Part shown: positions 55,406-64,000 of the stretch, piece by piece
Layout: each line of letters begins with the position of its first letter
Position numbering within the stretch: the stretch's first letter is position 1
DNA from: an uncultured Chloroflexia bacterium
GTDB lineage: Bacteria > Chloroflexota > Limnocylindria > QHBO01
NCBI GenBank assembly: GCA_963753125.1
Contig: CAVWAU010000004.1
Coordinates: 54,445 to 118,444 of the forward strand
DNA length: 64,000 nucleotides
Direction of reading: 5' to 3'
Translations under genes and position numbers: made by a program
The notes under the pieces: generated by a model
What the model was told of the DNA's origin: nothing
The model's database searches: none
The model's input: only the letters and a program-made list of their open reading frames with translations

Positions 55406-56028
55406 CAGTTGACGACCATCGTCGTCGTCGCGTGCTGGACGAAGCGCCCGTTCGCGTCATGAGACAGGAGGGCGCCCATGAACGGCACGATGATGTCCGA
55501 CCGGTAGGTGAGGGTGACCTGGACGAGGCACCCGACCGGATCATCCGTCGTGCAGTACGTCCCCGCGGTCGGACAGGGGCTGGTCGACGTCGCCATGGAC
55601 GCGCACAGGGTCATGGTCAGATCGCCGTTCACCCAGCGGTCGTGATACCCGTCGCCGTTCAGGTCAGTGGCCGATGCCGGCGCGCACGGATCAGTCACGG
55701 CGAAGTGCGGCGCGCTCGCGGTCAGAAGCCCGAACGACTGCACGGCGGCGTCGAGCGCAGCGGTGCAGCGATTGACGTCATTCGCCGCGCGCGTCGAGTC
55801 GACGTCGAACGGGGCGATCGTGGCTGCGCGCGCCGCCTCGCGAGCCGCGTTCGTGAGGGTCACGTTCGCCCCGAACAGGAGCCCGAACTGGATGATGCCA
55901 GCCACGATGAGGAGGATGGGCAGCAGAACGGCGGCAAACTCGACCATCGCCTGGCCGCGCGCGGCGTGACACGGGCTGGTTGAGGATGGCCGTTTTCGGG
56001 CGAACGATCTTCGATGATGGTGGGCCAT
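55405..56028 (-). CDS. TadE/TadF-like protein
   Basis: RGQAMVEFAAVLLPILLIVAGIIQFG is a TadE-like N-terminus. The stop overlaps the TadG-like start (TGATG). The start may instead be the internal ATG at 55947. Confidence 0.65.
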   Translation of the reverse strand: MAHHHRRSFARKRPSSTSPCHAARGQAMVEFAAVLLPILLIVAGIIQFGLLFGANVTLTNAAREAARAATIAPFDVDSTRAANDVNRCTAALDAAVQSFGLLTASAPHFAVTDPCAPASATDLNGDGYHDRWVNGDLTMTLCASMATSTSPCPTAGTYCTTDDPVGCLVQVTLTYRSDIIVPFMGALLSHDANGRFVQHATTTMVVN

Positions 56029-56163
56029 CGGGTGATACGGGCACTCGGGAGTGATTCGTCAGTCGGACAACGGGCCGATCCTATGGATGGCTTGCTGGGA
56101 CCGATATAGGTCGTTGGGAGCGCTTGGGGTGGGACCGATGGACGGCGGCTAGAATCGGTCCCC

Positions 56164-58305
<2,142 letters not shown>

Positions 58306-58911
58306 ATGGCCGGCACGATGCCGCATGCCATCTTCATCGAGACCGATGTCGACGGGCACGGCCTCGTCGGCGCGTATGCCGCCGAGCTCCCGGGCTGCGC
58401 CGTCTTCGCCGGCACCGATGACGAGGCCGCGACCGCGATGCCGACGCGGGTGAGCCGCTTCACGGCCTGGCTGAGGGACAACGGCGAGTCCGCCCCGTCG
58501 TTCGTCGGCGACAACTGGTACGAGGTCGAGCGCGCGGCAGCCAACGGGGAGCGGCGCGCGGCCTTCACCCTCGACGACCTCCCGCCGTCCGACGAGGAGT
58601 TCGCCACCTGGCTGCGCTGGCTGGAGCTCGCGCGAGAGGAGCTCGCGGCCGCGCTCGATGCGGCGGATCCATCGACTGCCGCGCCGCTGCTCGATGCGAT
58701 CGAGCGCCAGGACGTCGCCTTCGTCCGCGAGCTCGAGCACGCCGCGCCCGAGCTGTCGAGCGACCCGATCGACCGCCTCTACGCGGCCCGCGACGCCCTG
58801 TCCGATGCGCTCGAGGCCGCAGGCCCGTACCACGACGGAGTCCGGCGGATGCTGCGCCTCGCGATCGCCGACGACCTGCGGGCCGCCGAGGCCCTTCGCG
58901 CCGGCGCGTGA
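58306..58911 (+). CDS. HicB-like (UPF0150/RNase H-like fold) N-terminal domain protein with a helical C-terminal domain
   Basis: MAGTMPHAIFIETDVDGHGLVGAYAAELPGCAVFAGTDDEAATAMPTRV is HicB_lk_antitox-like. The ATG abuts the uvrB stop (TAGATG). Confidence 0.55.
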   Translation: MAGTMPHAIFIETDVDGHGLVGAYAAELPGCAVFAGTDDEAATAMPTRVSRFTAWLRDNGESAPSFVGDNWYEVERAAANGERRAAFTLDDLPPSDEEFATWLRWLELAREELAAALDAADPSTAAPLLDAIERQDVAFVRELEHAAPELSSDPIDRLYAARDALSDALEAAGPYHDGVRRMLRLAIADDLRAAEALRAGA

Positions 58912-59576
58912 TCGACCTCGCGACCCTGGAGCCGAAGCGGCTCCGCCACACCGGGGAGTGGCCCGTTCCCGCGCCTCGCCGCGCGCCGCCTGGCACCGAG
59001 CTGCGGGCACTCCAGGACGCCATGCCGCGCTGCGAGGACGGCGCCACGCCCGTCCTCTCCGGCGACGGATCCGAGCGCGCGATGCTCATCGGCCAGGCGC
59101 CCGGGTGGCGGGAGATCGAGACCGGCGTTCCCTTCGCATGGGACGCCGGGAAGCGGCTGTGCGGCTGGCTCGCTGCCGCCGGCATCGGCGTCGACGACTT
59201 CCGCGGGCGCTGGTACGTCACGTCCGTCGGCAAGTGCTACCCCGGGCGCGCGCCGGGCTCGTCGGTCGACCGTCCGCCATCGCGCGCAGAGATCGCGCGA
59301 TGGGCGCCGACCCTGCTCGAGGAGATCCGTCTCGTCCAACCGCGGCTCATGCTCCTCGTCGGCGGCACGGCGCATCGGCTCGCCTTCGGCCCTGACGCCC
59401 GGCTCGACGACCTCGTCGGCCGGGAGCTGGCCTGGGAGGCGGCGCCGGATGCATCGGTGCTGTGCCTGCCGCACCCGTCCGGTGCCTCCACCTGGCTGAA
59501 CGACCCGGCGCGGGTCGAGCTGTGGCGGCGGGGGATCGGCCTGCTGCGGGAGCGGTGGGCGGAGCTGGCGGGATGA
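58908..59576 (+). CDS. uracil-DNA glycosylase superfamily protein (family 4/5-like)
   Basis: GQAPG-containing motif (LIGQAPGWREIETGVPF) and C-terminal HPSG motif (LCLPHPSGAS). Overlaps the upstream gene (ATGA). Confidence 0.8.
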   Translation: MIDLATLEPKRLRHTGEWPVPAPRRAPPGTELRALQDAMPRCEDGATPVLSGDGSERAMLIGQAPGWREIETGVPFAWDAGKRLCGWLAAAGIGVDDFRGRWYVTSVGKCYPGRAPGSSVDRPPSRAEIARWAPTLLEEIRLVQPRLMLLVGGTAHRLAFGPDARLDDLVGRELAWEAAPDASVLCLPHPSGASTWLNDPARVELWRRGIGLLRERWAELAG

Positions 59577-60091
59577 CGCGCGAGCTGCGCATCGGCCTGG
59601 CGCTGCTGCTGGCCCTCGGTGCGTTCACGGCCGTGATGATCGTCGTCGGATCGCTGGGCGAGCCGCGGGCCGAGGTCGACCCGCTCAGCGTCGAGGAGGC
59701 GCTGGAGGGCCCGGACCAATGGGGGGGCGACGAGCTGCACGTCGCGGGCTGGTACGCGGAGCTCGACGGCGACTGCGTCGGCGATACCGGAGGGGCGGAT
59801 CCGGAGGTTGCCTGGCTCCAGCGCGACTGCCCGCTGCGGGTGCTGATGCCGACGCAGCCGGCCGAGGACGTCACCCAGGAGGAGCTGCTCCGAGACGGGC
59901 TTCGGTTGGCGGCCCCGCTCGGCAACGCCTTCCCGTCGCGCGCCGATCCGGGCGGCCCGAACCTGAGGGGTCAGCAGCTCGTCTTCGTCGGCCACTTCGC
60001 CGATCCGGCGGCCGAGGACTGCGTGCCGGATCGCGTCGACCGATGCCGGAACACGCTGGTGGTGAACGACTACGACGAGCTGGTGCGCTAG
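59573..60091 (+). CDS. hypothetical secreted/membrane-anchored protein
   Basis: MTRELRIGLALLLALGAFTAVMIVVG is a signal-anchor. 172 aa. Overlaps the UDG stop (ATGA). Confidence 0.5.
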   Translation: MTRELRIGLALLLALGAFTAVMIVVGSLGEPRAEVDPLSVEEALEGPDQWGGDELHVAGWYAELDGDCVGDTGGADPEVAWLQRDCPLRVLMPTQPAEDVTQEELLRDGLRLAAPLGNAFPSRADPGGPNLRGQQLVFVGHFADPAAEDCVPDRVDRCRNTLVVNDYDELVR

Positions 60092-60964
60092 CTCCCCGTC
60101 ACCATGTCGAGCAGTCCGCCCTGGCGGGCGCGGCGCATGAACCAGGCGAAGGCGGCGAGCGCGAGCGGAATCGCGACGGCGGTCGATGATGAGCAGGAAG
60201 AGCATGACGAGGTCATCGGGCACGGTGCCGATCCAGGACTGTGGCGTCCCGTGGCCGAGCAGGCCACGCCGCGACGCCTCCAGCCACCACGTCGTCGGCA
60301 AGGCGTACGCGATCGGCTGGAGGACCGATGGAAGGTGGTCGATCTGGAAGATCGCGCCCGAGAGCAGGTACAGGGCGCCGGCGATCGCCTCCGGGTACGA
60401 CCATGCCTCCTGGCGCAGCTGCAGGCACCAGCCGGCCATGAAGATGCCGATGGCGATGACAGCCAGGACGCCGAGCACGGTCGCGGGCACGAGGTAGAGG
60501 AGATTCACCTGGAGGTCGACGCCGAGGAAGACCACGCCGACGGCCAGGGTCAGCACCACCGCAACGAACGAGATGATCACCCGCGCCAGTGACCGTCCGA
60601 GCAGGAACGGGAAGAGCGAGGGCGGCGTGACGACGACGTACTTGATCATCCGATAGCGCTCACGGTCCTCGAGGATCGATTGCACCAGCCCGGCGAGGAC
60701 CCCGAAGACGACGTTCCACAGCGCCGTGCCAACGATGAGGAACTGCAGGAACTCCGGGTTCCGGCCGCCGGTGATGACCTGGAACATCACGACCAGGATC
60801 GCCGCCGCCGCCAGCGGCTTGGCGAGCGTGTAGATGAAGAAGAGGAGCGGATCGGACCAGTTCGCCTCGACCGCCCAACCGAGACCGATGGCGGTGCGGA
60901 AGCTGCGCCACGCATCGGCGAAGGTGACGCCGCGGACGGTCGCGGATCGGCCGGTCACTGCCAT
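60088..60964 (-). CDS. ABC-2 type transporter permease, subunit 2, with an apparent 1-bp insertion near 60170
   Basis: MAVTGRSATVRGVTFADAWRSF... is a 6-TM ABC-2 permease. After ...LVMLFLLII a +1 shift restores DAVAIPLALAAFAWFMRRARQGGLLDMVTGS* (TAG at 60088-60090), because GACGCC reads GACCGCC. An alternative GTG start at 60958 gives a GTGA overlap. Confidence 0.75.
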
Positions 60965-61827
60965 CGCAGCGTCAGGCGTCCTTCGCGCCGGGCGAGCCGC
61001 TCGAGGTAGCCGAGCGCCAGCCGGGCGGCGACGAGGAAGACCACGCCCATCACGGCCAGGATCGCGATCTCGACGTTCACCGGGAGCACGGGCTCGACAT
61101 CGCTGCTGGCGAAGGCGAGCTGGCGCATCGCGTCGAGGCCCACGGCAAGCGGCAGCGTCGCCACCACGACCGCGGCGAGGGGCATGATCGCGCTGAGCGG
61201 GAAGTTCACGCCGCCGAGGAAGTAGATCGGCTCCTGGAGGAGCTGCGCGAGGTGGAAGCCCTCGCGCCCCCACATCAGGAACAGCGACGCGAAGAGCATT
61301 CCCATCCCGTACAGCGGGATCATCGTCAGGAAAAAGACGCCGACCAGGAGCCACGGCTGCTGCACGTCGTAGGTCACGCCGTAGACGATCGAGCCGATGC
61401 CGATCACGGCCAGCGCTCGCGAGCTCGTCAGCACCAGGCCACCGATGGCCATGCCGGCCAGGATGCTCATCAGGTGCATCGGCGCCGAGAAGTAGAGCTC
61501 CAGGTTGCCCTGGTCCTTCTCCCAGTAGAACTGGGCGGCCATCATCCACACGACGTTGAGCCAGAACGCGGTCATCGCGCCGCCGAGCACCACGAAGCCG
61601 ATGAAGTGCTCGGGCGCCTCCAGCGCCCGATAGACGAAGACGAAGGCGCTGACGGCCAGGAACGGCAGCAGGATCTCGAAGAAGATCCACGAAGGCTCCC
61701 GCGTGAGACCGATGATCCTCGGGTAAGCCCGACCCACGATCGCGCGCAGGTTGACGCGGACGAGGCGCCCCGTCGACCACTCGGCGGCCTCTCGTGGGGT
61801 CCTGGCCAGCGTGTGGTAGCTGCTCAT
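60955..61827 (-). CDS. ABC-2 type transporter permease, subunit 1
   Basis: 290 aa, 6 TM. Overlaps the ATPase stop (ATGA). Confidence 0.85.
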   Translation of the reverse strand: MSSYHTLARTPREAAEWSTGRLVRVNLRAIVGRAYPRIIGLTREPSWIFFEILLPFLAVSAFVFVYRALEAPEHFIGFVVLGGAMTAFWLNVVWMMAAQFYWEKDQGNLELYFSAPMHLMSILAGMAIGGLVLTSSRALAVIGIGSIVYGVTYDVQQPWLLVGVFFLTMIPLYGMGMLFASLFLMWGREGFHLAQLLQEPIYFLGGVNFPLSAIMPLAAVVVATLPLAVGLDAMRQLAFASSDVEPVLPVNVEIAILAVMGVVFLVAARLALGYLERLARREGRLTLRWQ

Positions 61828-62849
61828 GACTGGTTGTTCCCGTCCTCATCGCCGAAGCCGCGTCCGACCAGCTCGACGAAGACGTCCTCGAGGCTCGGCT
61901 CCGACTTCGCCAGCCCGACGAGGTGCGATCCGCGCTCCGCGACCGCGGTGACGACGCTCGTCAGGGCAGAGTCGTCGGCCAGCGCCACCTTCAGGGCGAC
62001 CCGGTCGGAGCCGGCGCCCTCGCCGTCGACGTCGGCGCGAACCGCCGAGAGGACCCCCGGCAGCTCGCCGATGGCTGCCAGGCCGCCCTGCGCGGGGAGC
62101 TGGTCGAGCTCGAGGCGGAAGATCGACTCGGCCTGCACCCTTCGCCGCAGCTCATCGGGCGAGCCGAGCGCGAGGATCCGGCCCCGGTCGACGATGGCGA
62201 TCCGGTCGCACAGCTGCTCGGCCTCGACCATGTAGTGCGTCGTGAGCAGCACGGTGCGGCCCTCGGTCTCGGCCTTCCAGGTCAGCGTGTGCTCGCGCAG
62301 GTCGCGCGCCGCGGCCACGTCGAGACCCAGGGTCGGCTCGTCGAGGAAGAGGACCCACGGGTCGTTGAGCAGGCCGCGCGCGAAGTTGAGCTTCTGGCGC
62401 TGGCCGGTCGAGAGGGTGCGCACCTTCTGGTCGCGCTGCTCGACGAGGCCGGTGATCTCGATCAGCTCGTCCACCCGCCGCCACCCGTCGCGCTGCGTCA
62501 GGCCGTAGAACTGGCTGAACATCCACAGCTGCTCGCGGGTCGTCAGCAGGCCGTAGCCGGACTGCTCGCCGCCGGAGACCATGTTGATGACGCGCCGGAT
62601 CTTGGCGGTCTCGTTGACGACGTCGAAGCCGGCGACGCGGGCCGTGCCGCTGGTCGGCAGCAGCAACGTCGTGAGGATCTTGATGAGCGTCGTCTTGCCG
62701 GCGCCGTTCGGCCCGAGCAGCCCGAAGAACTCGCCCGGCTCGACGTCGAGGTCGACGCCGCCGAGGGCGGTCACGGGCTCCGGCTTGGCCTTGTAGACGC
62801 GCGTGACGGCGCGCGCGTGAATGGCCAGTTCGTCAGCGCTGTCGGGCAT
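61824..62849 (-). CDS. ABC transporter ATP-binding protein (DrrA-like, ABC-2 exporter)
   Basis: Walker A GPNGAGKTT, signature LSTGQRQK and Walker B LFLDEPTLGLD. 341 aa with a C-terminal regulatory domain. Confidence 0.9.
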   Translation of the reverse strand: MPDSADELAIHARAVTRVYKAKPEPVTALGGVDLDVEPGEFFGLLGPNGAGKTTLIKILTTLLLPTSGTARVAGFDVVNETAKIRRVINMVSGGEQSGYGLLTTREQLWMFSQFYGLTQRDGWRRVDELIEITGLVEQRDQKVRTLSTGQRQKLNFARGLLNDPWVLFLDEPTLGLDVAAARDLREHTLTWKAETEGRTVLLTTHYMVEAEQLCDRIAIVDRGRILALGSPDELRRRVQAESIFRLELDQLPAQGGLAAIGELPGVLSAVRADVDGEGAGSDRVALKVALADDSALTSVVTAVAERGSHLVGLAKSEPSLEDVFVELVGRGFGDEDGNNQS

Positions 62850-62942
62850 GTGCTTTCCCCACGGCGAGGCCGATCGGAATACCGGCGGGAGCGCGATGGT
62901 AGCACCGGCGGCCGGCGAGGAGAATCGCTCCTGTCGGAGCCC

Positions 62943-63200
62943 TCAGTTCAGCGAGTCGTCGTCGCAGCAGTCGTCGGGGCCGTGGCTGCAGTCGACCGAC
63001 AGGAGGTGGGCTCCGGAGATCCCGAGGAGAGCCGAGCAGACCGCGTCCTCGCTGGGGCGATCGTGCTCGAGGGTCTCCAGGGCGAGCTCCACGCGGGCCG
63101 ACAGGGTGGCGCTCATCGACTCGTTCGCGCCGAAGGTGCGCCACATGCCGTCGTCGTCCCAGATGACGATGCCGTAGCCCTTGACTGCCACCGAGAACAT
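62943..63200 (-). CDS. hypothetical small acidic Cys-rich protein (85 aa)
   Basis: MFSVAVKGYGIVIWDDDGMWRTF...SVDCSHGPDDCCDDDSLN. No family recognised. Confidence 0.35.
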   Translation of the reverse strand: MFSVAVKGYGIVIWDDDGMWRTFGANESMSATLSARVELALETLEHDRPSEDAVCSALLGISGAHLLSVDCSHGPDDCCDDDSLN

Positions 63201-63344
63201 CGGTCTTCTCGTTCCAAAAGTACTGGTGTGGTACTGGGACTCAGGATGAGGCTGCCGAGCTCGCGTGCCAAGTGTGCGCGTCCACCCAAGAGCGCACCCG
63301 ACCGATCAAAGTTGCCGGTCGTGACGCCGTCGGTAGGCGGTTCC

Positions 63345-63476
63345 GTCAGATTCACGCCACGGCCGCACGAACTCGCGTACCAGGGTCGGATTCCGCCGCG
63401 GTGCAGGGTGGGAGCCGCAGATGACGTGTCCAGGCCCGATCCGGGAGCGTAATGCGGCGCTCATCATGAATCTGAC
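63345..63476. repeat. MITE-like element, copy 3 (132 bp)
   Basis: Left end GTCAGATTCACGCCACGGCCGCACGA. Right end CGTAATGCGGCGCTCATCATGAATCTGAC. Same TIR pair as copies 1 and 2. Confidence 0.55.
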
Positions 63477-63545
63477 CGATTTCCCGCCACTGCGATGATC
63501 GGATCGTGGAAGCGCTCTCTTGACCGATGCGCCTAGAATGCCATC

Positions 63546-64000
63546 GTGACCGTGAGAGCGCTCTCACAGGAGCCGGAAGGCGCCGCGACCCTCGAAGAGG
63601 TCGCGAACGCAGCCCATGTCTCGCGCGCCACCGCCTCGAGGGTCGTCAACGGCGACCGGCGCGTGAGCCAGCCCGCCAGGGAGGCGGTCCAGGAGGCCGT
63701 CCGGGCGCTCGGGTACGTGCCGAACCGGGCAGCGCGCAGCCTGGTGACGAGGCGCAGTGACTCGGTCGCCGTCGTAATCCCGGAGCCGAGCACGCAGCTC
63801 TTCGGCGACCCGTTCTTCCCACGCATCCTGCGAGGCATCAGCGACGCCCTCGCCGAGGAGTCGATGCAGCTGATCCTGCTCATGCCGCAGGCCAGGACCG
63901 AGGAGGACCGCGTCGAGCGCTACCTCGGTGCCGGCCACACCGACGGCGCAATGCTCATCTCGCTCCACGGCGCCGATCCGCTCCCGGCAGCCCTGCGTCG
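63546..64000 (+). CDS. LacI family transcriptional regulator (3' end outside the window)
   Basis: GTG start. ATLEEVANAAHVSRATASRVVNG is the LacI HTH, and a periplasmic-binding-protein-like domain follows. Confidence 0.85.
   Translation, partial: MTVRALSQEPEGAATLEEVANAAHVSRATASRVVNGDRRVSQPAREAVQEAVRALGYVPNRAARSLVTRRSDSVAVVIPEPSTQLFGDPFFPRILRGISDALAEESMQLILLMPQARTEEDRVERYLGAGHTDGAMLISLHGADPLPAALR
63553..63566 (+). promoter_or_regulatory. LacI-type operator palindrome TGAGAGCGCTCTCA
   Basis: Perfect 14-bp palindrome overlapping codons 3-7 of the LacI-family gene. A partial half-site AGCGCTCT lies at 63511-63518. Confidence 0.5.

Overview
The window is 64 kb of high-GC (~70%) Actinobacteria-like chromosome, and almost all of it is coding. 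Core replication and repair genes are present: dnaE (26556-30260), polA (44600-47480), uvrB (56164-58305), mutM/fpg, a family-4-like uracil-DNA glycosylase, an AlkD-like alkylpurine glycosylase, coaE and tRNA-Leu(CAA). The first ~16 kb is an accessory detoxification/stress island. It carries two ArsR regulators, a PadR regulator, an SRPBCC protein, MFS and APC transporters, LtrA, a BBE-like FAD oxidase, a Zn-ADH, a methyltransferase, four paralogous RibD-C/DHFR-family proteins, two DUF1801 proteins, two DinB-like proteins and a PPOX-like protein. Downstream are a sulfite-oxidase-like molybdoenzyme / ferredoxin-reductase / DUF6510 operon, a decayed DipZ-like thioredoxin gene, tandem epoxide hydrolases, a Crp/Fnr regulator, two paralogous SH3b plus Cys-rich lipoproteins flanking the AlkD gene, a DUF2752 / TM2 / J-domain membrane-protein trio, an L-aspartate-oxidase/SdhA-like flavoprotein, a polar amino-acid ABC transporter, a Rieske oxygenase, a C-N hydrolase, an ECF sigma/anti-sigma pair, a large zinc-ribbon / adenylyl-cyclase / STAND-ATPase / TPR protein, an orphan Tad-pilus segment (CpaB, TadG-like, TadE-like), an ABC-2 exporter and a LacI regulator. 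The most novel sequence-level signal is a 131-132 bp element with ~26-bp terminal inverted repeats, present in three copies. Two copies flank a small PD-(D/E)xK (YraN-like) nuclease remnant next to the Rieske oxygenase, and the third sits upstream of the LacI gene. A second pervasive observation is at least 12 single-base frameshifts, 8 of them within 16.8-26 kb, which also hit polA. Most are probably indel errors in the consensus, and they affect how every gene call here should be read. I also record a CRP-type palindrome, a LacI-type palindrome on the regulator start codon, and a triple direct repeat in the ArsR/MFS divergent promoter.
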